Assembly (NCBI GenBank): GCA_040754495.1
Contig: JBFMCO010000022.1
Coordinates: 18,233 to 82,232, forward strand
DNA from: Candidatus Micrarchaeota archaeon
GTDB lineage: Archaea; Micrarchaeota; Micrarchaeia; Anstonellales; Bilamarchaeaceae
Direction of reading: 5' to 3'
DNA length: 64,000 bases
This document shows positions 56,851-64,000 of this stretch, piece by piece. The notes beneath the pieces are model-generated. The model ran no database searches. It was given only the letters and a program-made list of their open reading frames with translations, and was not told the DNA's origin. Every line of letters starts with the position of its first letter. Within the stretch, counting starts at the first letter, position 1. The translations under genes were made by a program, and so were the position numbers.

Positions 56851-58029
56851 ATGAAGAACAGCATATTGTTGCTCGGACTAATGATTTGGGGAGTTCTTTC
56901 CTTTGCGTATGGGGGTGCGGCTTATTCGACGAACGCCTACTATGCCGTGATGTTCGATGACCGGGGCCTCGCTAGCACCGCGCTGCGGCTCGATTACGTG
57001 AACAACGGGCAGGGTGCGATTGACCACATCAGCCTGGACATACCCGGGAACGACGTGCGCATCGTCAGCGCTTATGTGAAAGAGGAGTGCCTGCCGGAAA
57101 ACAGCTCGCCCCGGGATTACGGCTATTACTACTACGATGACTGTCCTTACCCGGGTTACAGTTTCGTGCCGGCGAAACTGACGGCATTGGGCGGCGGCAG
57201 CTACAGCATCGCATTGAACAAGACAGTCCAGAAGGGCGGCGGCACCAGCATTCTGGTTTTCTACCGCGCTTTCGGATATGTGGACGATACCCTGACCGGG
57301 AAGAGGTTCGATTTCGAGACACCCGGGTACGATTTCGATGTGGAGAGCACGCGGGTGGCCATCGACGTGGATGAGGACCTGCACCTCAAAGAAGGCGGCA
57401 GCGAGGGCAATTATAACCAGATGCGGAGTGCCGTGCTTGCGGGGGGCGCGGCACCGGGCTCAAGCAACCTGCAGTCAGCTCTCTCCAGCTCGTACAGCTA
57501 TGTCAGCTATGCACACGGATATGTGAGGCAGAAGAGCGCCCTGCTTGCAGGCGAGTCGTTCACGATGAGCGGCAATTACGGGAAGGAATGGCTACAGCTT
57601 TATCTGCCCGAGATGGCTGCCATGTTGCTGGTCCTGGCAGGGGTCGGTTGGTTCGTGCGGAAGAAGGCAAACGAGGCGGAGCGTCAGGTGCAAAAGGGCA
57701 ACGGCGAGAGGAAGGGCGACCTGGCCGATGTCGCCGTGTTTTCATTCATCTCCGCGGTGGGATTTGCGCTGCTCATATCGCTCGCGGTGCTCGTGATTTT
57801 GTGGAGCAGGACGAAGGCGGAGGACCCCGGCGTGCTGGCGCTTGCCGGATTCCTTGCATGGCTGTCGGTCACGGCATACCTCTACATCCAGAAGAGCAAG
57901 GAAGGGAACGGCCTTGCAGCGGCGATGATGTTCGTCGGCTTCAGCGTTATAATCACTCCCTTCATGCTCCTGATGGCGCTGTGGATATGGTCGCTGGTGG
58001 CGTATCATCCGCCCTATTACTACTATTGA
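56851..58029 (+). CDS. secreted/membrane-anchored hypothetical protein (392 aa)
   Basis: N-terminal signal-like MKNSILLLGLMIWGVLSFAYG. Four C-terminal hydrophobic helices. Confidence 0.5.
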   Translation: MKNSILLLGLMIWGVLSFAYGGAAYSTNAYYAVMFDDRGLASTALRLDYVNNGQGAIDHISLDIPGNDVRIVSAYVKEECLPENSSPRDYGYYYYDDCPYPGYSFVPAKLTALGGGSYSIALNKTVQKGGGTSILVFYRAFGYVDDTLTGKRFDFETPGYDFDVESTRVAIDVDEDLHLKEGGSEGNYNQMRSAVLAGGAAPGSSNLQSALSSSYSYVSYAHGYVRQKSALLAGESFTMSGNYGKEWLQLYLPEMAAMLLVLAGVGWFVRKKANEAERQVQKGNGERKGDLADVAVFSFISAVGFALLISLAVLVILWSRTKAEDPGVLALAGFLAWLSVTAYLYIQKSKEGNGLAAAMMFVGFSVIITPFMLLMALWIWSLVAYHPPYYYY

Positions 58030-58052
58030 GGATGGGTGCGGGTGCCATCTTT

Positions 58053-58625
58053 TTATCCTTTTTTCCCGCTCATGCGCTGGAACACGAGCACCGCAACGAG
58101 CGCCAGCGTGAGCAGCAGGAAGAACATCGCCAGGACGCCTACGAAGCTCTGCGAACCTGATTGAAGGGAGCCGAGTGCCGAGGACAGGCATGCGCCCTCT
58201 CCGCAGCCTGTTGGGATTGTGGCATTCTGGGACGGGGGGGCAGTCACCGCCGGCGAACCGGTAAGCGCGCTGATTATTATGGGCATTGCGGCATAAAGGA
58301 AGAGTAGCCCGACGCTGATGATTGCGGAGCCGCTGGCAAGGAGCATGACGACGCTCATGCGCCTTCCTTCCACTATCCCCCTCCCGGTGCGGGTGAGGCG
58401 GTAGTATTTCCATTTTTTTTCGGCATACTCCGGAACCAGCTCGATAAGACCCGCCTTCTGGAGCTGCCCCACGTGCTCCAGGACCGTCGGCGCGGAGATG
58501 CCGAGTTCGGCGGCAAGCTCGCTCTGGGTCTTCTGCCTCTCGCGCAGCGCCTTGAGCATTTTCGTGCGGGTCTCGGCCCCCATGGCGCGGAGCATCTGGC
58601 GGCTCACGACAACGTCCTCGTCCAC
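58053..58625 (-). CDS. ArsR-type winged-helix regulator fused to C-terminal transmembrane segments
   Basis: TRTKMLKALRERQKTQSELAAELGISAPTVLEHVGQLQKAGLIELV, followed by two hydrophobic helices. Confidence 0.6.
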   Translation of the reverse strand: MDEDVVVSRQMLRAMGAETRTKMLKALRERQKTQSELAAELGISAPTVLEHVGQLQKAGLIELVPEYAEKKWKYYRLTRTGRGIVEGRRMSVVMLLASGSAIISVGLLFLYAAMPIIISALTGSPAVTAPPSQNATIPTGCGEGACLSSALGSLQSGSQSFVGVLAMFFLLLTLALVAVLVFQRMSGKKG

Positions 58626-58714
58626 GGAAAGGGTACGCAGGGCGCATTTAATTGTTTTACGAAATGATTAGGCGACGCCGGCAAGCGCAGGGAGCGCATA
58701 CGCTCCATGGGGAG

Positions 58715-59044
58715 CTAGCCGAAAAGCAGCACGCCCGCCACGATGGACGCGTTCACGAGGGTGAAGAGCGCGTATATCGCTATGATATGCCTCTCATTAT
58801 GCACTATGCCATAGAGCATCCAGAAGACCGCCCCGACCGTGTATGCAAACCACGACAGGGCGGAAACGCCGGAGGCGTCCTTCTCCAGCCAAATCTTGGC
58901 CGCCTGGGGAACTGTCATCAGCACGGTGAAAAGGGCCACCGCGAAGACAAGATTGTCGAACGCGGCTTTCCACTTCTCCGTCACGGGCCTCCGCACGGCC
59001 CTGGCCGCTGGGGCCGATGACGACAACTTTCCGGGTTTTACCAT
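58715..59044 (-). CDS. SemiSWEET/PQ-loop family transporter
   Basis: Three helices with TVPQAAKIWLEKDASGVS (PQ motif). 109 aa. Confidence 0.6.
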   Translation of the reverse strand: MVKPGKLSSSAPAARAVRRPVTEKWKAAFDNLVFAVALFTVLMTVPQAAKIWLEKDASGVSALSWFAYTVGAVFWMLYGIVHNERHIIAIYALFTLVNASIVAGVLLFG

Positions 59045-59096
59045 GCAATGCAGATGCCCGGGCGGGTTAATATTTCTTCGCTAAGTTGCCTATTGC

Positions 59097-59558
59097 ATGA
59101 GGACGCCCGTCCTTGCGCTTATCGCGCTCCTTGCCGTCGGTTGCATCGAGCCGCAGGTCAGCCAGGAGCTGCCTCCTGACCTGTATATAGCCTATTCGTA
59201 CGGAGCGTGCCACGCCGAGTGGGGCCGCACGGTGATAGAGATAGACGCCGAGGGCCGCGGCACCTACGAGAGCGGCATAGGGAACGGGGATGCCGGAGAT
59301 GGGCCGGGCGTCGTGAGCGAAACGAGGCTGTTCAGGCTGGACCGGACCGAGCTTCTCTCGCTCCTCAACGGGATAGAGAGGTCCGGATTCTTCTACCTCG
59401 AGGACAGGTACGCGAACCCGCTCATCGTGGACGGCGACTGCAACTATATCTCCGTGACGCGAAACGGAACGGAGAAGATGGTTTCCATCTCGAACACGAA
59501 GCCGCCGGAAGCGTATTCGAAGGCGGCCGCGCTGATATCCGAAGCCGCTTCGGGCTAA
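59097..59558 (+). CDS. lipoprotein-like hypothetical protein
   Basis: MRTPVLALIALLAVGC signal/lipobox-like N-terminus. 153 aa. Confidence 0.5.
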   Translation: MRTPVLALIALLAVGCIEPQVSQELPPDLYIAYSYGACHAEWGRTVIEIDAEGRGTYESGIGNGDAGDGPGVVSETRLFRLDRTELLSLLNGIERSGFFYLEDRYANPLIVDGDCNYISVTRNGTEKMVSISNTKPPEAYSKAAALISEAASG

Positions 59559-59962
59559 TGGCCTGCGGCGTAGCCGGGCCATAATCCATCGCAGTCCTCC
59601 GAGCTCTCCCCGGTCTTGCTCGAAGTCAGCACCGCGCACTGGTCGCCCTCTTCCACGCGGTAGATATCCAGGGCGAAGCCCTCGCCGCCGGCCGATGCCG
59701 TGCCTGATGAGCGGCACGCCTGCCTGCCCCGCCAGCTCTCGATGCCCTGGACCGTGAAATTCAGCTTCGTGCCGAAGACATCCATGTATCCCTTGTCCCC
59801 GGCATGGCAGCGGGCCGCGTCGAATGAGACGTTTTCCAGCTCCACGCGCACGCTGCTCCCGATGCTCCGGTAGGTCAGATAGCTGAAAAAGCCGGCCGCG
59901 GCAAGGCACGAGAGCAGGAGGAAGGAGAATACTATGAGCGCCTCCCTCGGCCCTATGCTCAT
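59555..59962 (-). CDS. N-terminally anchored hypothetical protein
   Basis: The ATG at 59962 overlaps the upstream stop (ATGA). MSIGPREALIVFSFLLLSCLAAAGFF. Confidence 0.45.
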   Translation of the reverse strand: MSIGPREALIVFSFLLLSCLAAAGFFSYLTYRSIGSSVRVELENVSFDAARCHAGDKGYMDVFGTKLNFTVQGIESWRGRQACRSSGTASAGGEGFALDIYRVEEGDQCAVLTSSKTGESSEDCDGLWPGYAAGH

Positions 59963-60858
59963 GACGCTTCCTCCAGCTTCTTGCGCATCTGGTTCAGCCA
60001 CACGCGCTCCTTGACAGCCCTGGGAACTACGGACTGCGCCAGCTTGTCCAGGTTGCCGAGGCGCTCCCGCGACGTCCAGACCTTCTTTTTCTTGAGCGAG
60101 CGCAGGTAATCCGGGTTGGCGAGCAGTATCTGCCGCACCATCCGCTCGTAATGCTGGCGCTTCCGCGTGACCTCCTGGAATTTCCGGAGGGCTGTCGTTT
60201 CTGCGACCGTCCCCTTGCCGCGCATGCGCATAAGCTGCCCCTGCGCCTGCATCTCTGCGTACCTGAGATTGTTTATCAGCGTCATGAACTTGGCAATCGG
60301 TATCTGGATGAGCGAATCGGAAAGAAGGAGGAGCCAGCCTTCCTTGAGGAGCATCTTGTCTGCCTTCTCTATAGCCGCCATCGCATCCTGCTTGTCCATC
60401 TCGCCGCTAACATAGCCCCGCAGCTGGGGGTACGTGGCCGCGAGGGCCTTGGAATCTACCGTGCCCACCCAGCCCTTGAGGAAGCCCTTCGCGTCCTTGA
60501 GCTGGGCGCGCCATGAGCGGAGCGTCGCAAGCTTCGCCGCGGCCTCCTTGGCCGGCACGCTCTTGAAATCCAGGAGCCACGCCTTCTTCTGGAGGACCTT
60601 GCCGATGTACTCGTCATCCATGAACGCCTGGAGCAGTTCGGGGTAGTATTTGTGGAGGGCGCGGAATTCCTCCAGGCAATAAAGCAGCTCGTCGTATATC
60701 TCCGAGGTCTTCTTCGCTATCTCCAGCCTTGTTTCGGCCATCTCCTTCTTGATGTCGCGGTCGTAGATGCGCCGGTACTGCTCGTCAAGCCTCTTTAGCT
60801 TCTCCTTCTTCTCGCGCAGATATGCGGCGGCTTCCTCGAGGTATTCGACGAGAAGCAT
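59959..60858 (-). CDS. helical hypothetical protein (299 aa)
   Basis: The ATG at 60858 shares a base with the upstream stop (TGATG). K/E/L-rich helical composition. Confidence 0.45.
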   Translation of the reverse strand: MLLVEYLEEAAAYLREKKEKLKRLDEQYRRIYDRDIKKEMAETRLEIAKKTSEIYDELLYCLEEFRALHKYYPELLQAFMDDEYIGKVLQKKAWLLDFKSVPAKEAAAKLATLRSWRAQLKDAKGFLKGWVGTVDSKALAATYPQLRGYVSGEMDKQDAMAAIEKADKMLLKEGWLLLLSDSLIQIPIAKFMTLINNLRYAEMQAQGQLMRMRGKGTVAETTALRKFQEVTRKRQHYERMVRQILLANPDYLRSLKKKKVWTSRERLGNLDKLAQSVVPRAVKERVWLNQMRKKLEEAS

Positions 60859-61694
60859 CAGCGGCCACCCCTCTGCCTCCCATACTCGTGCATCATCGTG
60901 AGGGCATCGATGTCCAGCTTCGGCGTCTCGCATATCACCGTGCCGGAGTAGCCGTTCTCGGCAAGGACCTTCATGAAGGGACGGAACGGCGGCGTGTTGT
61001 TCGAGCCCAGGGGCAGGTGGTTGCGCTCGCCCTTCTCGTTGTAGTTTATCTCCGAGAAATGGCAGTGGAAGCGCTTCACGTAGTCCCCGAGCTCGCGCTC
61101 GAGCTTCCTGAATATGGCCCGGTACTCTTCCTCGCCTTTTATGGGGAAGTCGCCGCGGGCGTGCAGGTGCGCGAAATCGAGCGCAGGCTCTACCATGTCA
61201 ATCTCCTGGGAGAGCCGGATGTTCTCGTCCAGGCCGCCGAATGCGCTTTTTTTGCCGACGGTCTCTGCCCCGAGGCGGATTCTGATGTTGTGGGTTTTGA
61301 GTTCCGAGACGATTTCGAGGAGGGCGGATTTTGCCGCGCCGAAGGCCTCGGCAGGCGTGAGCTTCTGGTAGAAGCCTGGATGGAAGACCGTGATGCCGCC
61401 CCCTGCGAGCGCTGTGATGCGGGCGGACGCGATTATGTGGCGGCGGGTGTTCGCCATCTTCACCTTGTCGTCCGTGCACAGATTCACGTAATAGGGCGCA
61501 TGCGAAGAGAGGGAGATGTCAAGCTCGCCTGCGGCCTTGCGGACCTCGCCGGCGGAGGCCTCGCCCATGCGGACGCCCTGGACGAACTCCATCTCCATCG
61601 CGGTGAGGCCGAGCTCCCGGCAGCATCTCACGCCCTCCAGGGTGCTTTTTGCCTCGCACTGGATGGGGATGCCCGCGGGGCCGAATCTTATCAT
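60858..61694 (-). CDS. xylose isomerase-like TIM-barrel protein, endonuclease IV (Nfo) family-like
   Basis: MIRFGPAGIP...LGLTAMEMEFVQGV...LSSHAPYYVNLC...VFHPGFY...LDFAHLHARG. Confidence 0.55.
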   Translation of the reverse strand: MIRFGPAGIPIQCEAKSTLEGVRCCRELGLTAMEMEFVQGVRMGEASAGEVRKAAGELDISLSSHAPYYVNLCTDDKVKMANTRRHIIASARITALAGGGITVFHPGFYQKLTPAEAFGAAKSALLEIVSELKTHNIRIRLGAETVGKKSAFGGLDENIRLSQEIDMVEPALDFAHLHARGDFPIKGEEEYRAIFRKLERELGDYVKRFHCHFSEINYNEKGERNHLPLGSNNTPPFRPFMKVLAENGYSGTVICETPKLDIDALTMMHEYGRQRGGR

Positions 61695-61749
61695 GAAAAT
61701 TAGTAAGGAGGTAAAAAAATAAAACTGCTCCTGCCCGGATGGGGCGGGA

Positions 61750-63243
61750 TTAGTGGCTGTAGTTCAGCCTGAGCAGGACGAGCGGCGCAGCCTCGAAGGG
61801 ATTGAACTGCATGTCGGCAAGGCCCGCCGCCTGTATGGAGAGCCTGTCGAGCAGCTCGAGGTCTATCGCGCCGCCAAGGAGCGCGCTGCCTGCGTGCATC
61901 CCGGAGCCCGAGGCGTTCATCGCGCCGCCCGCAAGGACAGACGGTATGAACGGCCCGGCCCTGAAGAGCGGCACGCCTACGAGGCCCCTGAAGTGGAGCT
62001 CGTCGTCCGACAGCCTTACCGCGCCCACAGTCCCGGGCGTGTCTGCGCCGACCAGCGCATGCATCCAGAGCATGTTCACCTCTGCCCAGGGATTGTAGCC
62101 GTCCACCCAGCCCCACGGAATCTCGCCGCGGAGGCGGACGCCAAGGGGATTGAACGGGTTGTTGCTGCCGAAGACGCCGAGGGAGAAGTACCTGCCGTAG
62201 CGGTAGCCGCCTTCCCCGCCAAGCTCGTAGCCGTGCGACAGCTCGTTTAGCGTCTGGCCGTCAAGGTGCGAAAGTATCGACGTCGAAATGCCGCGGTAGC
62301 CGCCGAAGACGAGGGCGTAAACCGAATGCTCGCCGAAGCGCAGCTCGCCGCCGGCACCGATTGCGCCGGTATAGCTCCGCAGGCCGCTTGTGGCCTGGCT
62401 GGTCTGGAGCGTGAGCGCGTAAGACGAGAAGCGCCCGTTTACGAGGATGGAGAGATGGTCGCCTACCGGGACGTACCCGGTCGCGCCGGCAAGGTACGCG
62501 TCGCCCGAATTGCCCATAGAGCCGAAGCGGGAGAGCTGGAGGCGCTCGCCGTTGAAATCGAACACTGGCCTCCTGACGCGCACAGGCTGCACCGGCGGTT
62601 GCTCGGGCCGGACGACCGGGGCAACAGGCTGCACCGGCTGTACCGGCCGGACGGGCGCCGGAGGCGCTTCAACCCTCACGAGCTCCAAGAAACCGTTCGG
62701 AGCCGTGACCGAGAACGTGTGGCGGCCTGCAGGGACGCTGAGCGTAATCTCTATGGGCGTGCCTATCGCGAGCGTGGTCTGGTCTATCTCGCGGTGCGTG
62801 AATCCGGAGATGCGCGTGGTGCCTGGAGCCGTGGACGGCGTCTGCTCGCCACCGGCAGGGCCGAGCGAATATTCAATCGGCCTGGACACCTCGGTGGTGC
62901 CCTCCGGGAAGCGGTCCCTGCGCACGGCTGGGTAGAACCGGACGGTGAATCTGGCGGGACCTTCGATCGTGAGCGTTGGGACATTGACGTCGCCTGCTTT
63001 GAGATAGACGTCGCGCGTCGCGCTCCCGTCGGTTATGCTCGTCCTCTCGCCGCTGACCGAATGCACCGGCTGCGCGGCCTGCGTCGTGGCATGCACCTCG
63101 GGCTCCTGTGCCCGGGCGACGTTGTCAAGAAGCGGCGCCCCCAAAAGAATGGCGCCTGCGAGGGCGTATTTGGATGCCGCCCGTCCTATTGAGCCCCTCT
63201 GGCGGCTCAAAGACTCCGCACTTTCTCTGTTGGAAAATTTCAT
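61750..63243 (-). CDS. secreted hypothetical protein with P/V/Q-rich spacer and beta-rich C-terminal half
   Basis: Signal-like YALAGAILLGAPLLDNVARAQE. PVRPVQPVQPVAPVVRPEQPPVQPVRVRRPV (about 62568-62661). The Gly/aromatic-rich alternating C-terminal half ends LVLLRLNYSH. Confidence 0.55.
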   Translation of the reverse strand: MKFSNRESAESLSRQRGSIGRAASKYALAGAILLGAPLLDNVARAQEPEVHATTQAAQPVHSVSGERTSITDGSATRDVYLKAGDVNVPTLTIEGPARFTVRFYPAVRRDRFPEGTTEVSRPIEYSLGPAGGEQTPSTAPGTTRISGFTHREIDQTTLAIGTPIEITLSVPAGRHTFSVTAPNGFLELVRVEAPPAPVRPVQPVQPVAPVVRPEQPPVQPVRVRRPVFDFNGERLQLSRFGSMGNSGDAYLAGATGYVPVGDHLSILVNGRFSSYALTLQTSQATSGLRSYTGAIGAGGELRFGEHSVYALVFGGYRGISTSILSHLDGQTLNELSHGYELGGEGGYRYGRYFSLGVFGSNNPFNPLGVRLRGEIPWGWVDGYNPWAEVNMLWMHALVGADTPGTVGAVRLSDDELHFRGLVGVPLFRAGPFIPSVLAGGAMNASGSGMHAGSALLGGAIDLELLDRLSIQAAGLADMQFNPFEAAPLVLLRLNYSH

Positions 63244-63343
63244 GGACTTACATTAACTAAAACACTTTAAAAACGTGTCGCTTGATGAGGTTGTCTGTTG
63301 CTGGGTAGGCCCATTTAAAATACTTTCGAACATAAAGTATAAC

Positions 63344-64000
63344 ATGCAAAAATCCGAGGACGGCAGCGACGGCTCCGGACGTCGCAAGAAGGACGCCCTC
63401 AGCGGCAAGTCGAGGATGGCCATCCCGCTCCGCAGCATGATGGCGAGCGAGGAGCCGGCGGTCGAGGGACTCGCCGCACAGCCCGACGCGATGCTGCAGG
63501 GCGCGCGCATCGACAAGACGCCGCAGGACTTCTACCTCGTCGAGGGCATACTCGGCGAAGGCGGCATGGGCAGGGTATACCGGGGCAGGATGATAAAGAC
63601 CACCAAGCCGAAGAAGGGGAAAGAGGGAGAGGAGAAAGGGGCCAAGACCGTGATCAACAGGGAAGTCGCCATCAAGGTCATAAACTTCGATTCCGCGTTC
63701 GCGAACGCGGACCCTGCAAACATCGAGCAGACAAAGAAGATGATGTACGACCGCTTCCTGAGCGAGGTCGAGCTGGTCGCAAAGCTCAAGCACCCGAACA
63801 TCGTGGATATTCTTGATTTCGGGGAGCTGGACGACGGGAAGCCTTTCTGCGTGATGGAGCTCCTGAAGGGGCAGGACCTCGACCAGGTGATTGAGGCCGC
63901 AGGCATGCTTCCCTGGGATTTCACGAAGACGGTGGCGGTGCAGGTCTGCAAGGCCCTCGAGGCGGCGCATGGCTACGAGGAGGACGGCGAGAAGAAGCCC
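63344..64000 (+). CDS. Hanks-type Ser/Thr protein kinase, N-terminal part (3' end outside window)
   Basis: Read directly; it is not in the ORF track because the frame stays open to the window edge. LGEGGMGRVYRG (Gly loop), EVAIKVI (Lys), KLKHPNIVDILDFG, CVMELLKGQDL. Confidence 0.7.
   Translation, partial: MQKSEDGSDGSGRRKKDALSGKSRMAIPLRSMMASEEPAVEGLAAQPDAMLQGARIDKTPQDFYLVEGILGEGGMGRVYRGRMIKTTKPKKGKEGEEKGAKTVINREVAIKVINFDSAFANADPANIEQTKKMMYDRFLSEVELVAKLKHPNIVDILDFGELDDGKPFCVMELLKGQDLDQVIEAAGMLPWDFTKTVAVQVCKALEAAHGYEEDGEKKP

Noticed and set aside
63257-63970. 237-aa and 139-aa - strand ORFs at the 3' end of the window
   Set aside because: Antisense to an open + strand frame with unambiguous Hanks-kinase motifs (GEGGMGRVY, VAIKVI, HPNIV).

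Overview
GC-rich archaeal chromosomal window. The archaeal call rests on a PolD/DP2 large-subunit gene, an A1:U72 initiator-type tRNA, a stand-alone GMP synthase subunit B, DUF359-type dephospho-CoA kinase, EndoQ-like and AlaX-like genes, and intron-rich tRNAs. Bases 1-25,300 are an accessory-looking block. It holds a truncated LAGLIDADG endonuclease gene, a two-intron tRNA-Lys, and a three-gene + strand operon (HExxH protein, 109-aa helical protein, one uninterrupted 20.5-kb ORF of 6,841 codons). Five small paralogous genes on the - strand converge on the 3' end of the giant gene. By motif reading the giant ORF contains a long repetitive helical N-terminal third, a hydrophobic cluster, three copies of an atypical kinase-like module (FVK..DL / DRHxGN / ID.D), one ePK/RIO-like module (GRGSSADVY / VAVK), a second HExxH site and an unassigned C-terminal domain. 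I could not place this combination in any family I know; it is the strongest candidate for an undescribed system. The rest of the window is mostly housekeeping: purN, cysS, intein-containing PolD large subunit, rpiA, alaX, guaA-B, Lrp/AsnC, GT2, two SAM methyltransferases, EndoQ-like, Nfo-like, SemiSWEET, ArsR-like, PRC-barrel, DUF2085. Interleaved with it are (i) four tRNA genes that all carry introns, three of them two each, at non-canonical positions; one intron has box C/D motifs, and two introns share a covarying hairpin module. (ii) A five-member family of Cys-anchored secreted proteins with a shared C-terminal domain and D/G/T/P- or G-rich linkers, in two clusters. (iii) A 37-bp direct repeat of the initiator tRNA 3' end. 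No rRNA, CRISPR array, transposase, integrase or reverse transcriptase was recognised. All calls come from reading the sequence and ORF translations; no searches were run, so family names are motif-level assignments. Many long ORFs in the track are antisense or off-frame shadows typical of GC-rich DNA and were not called.
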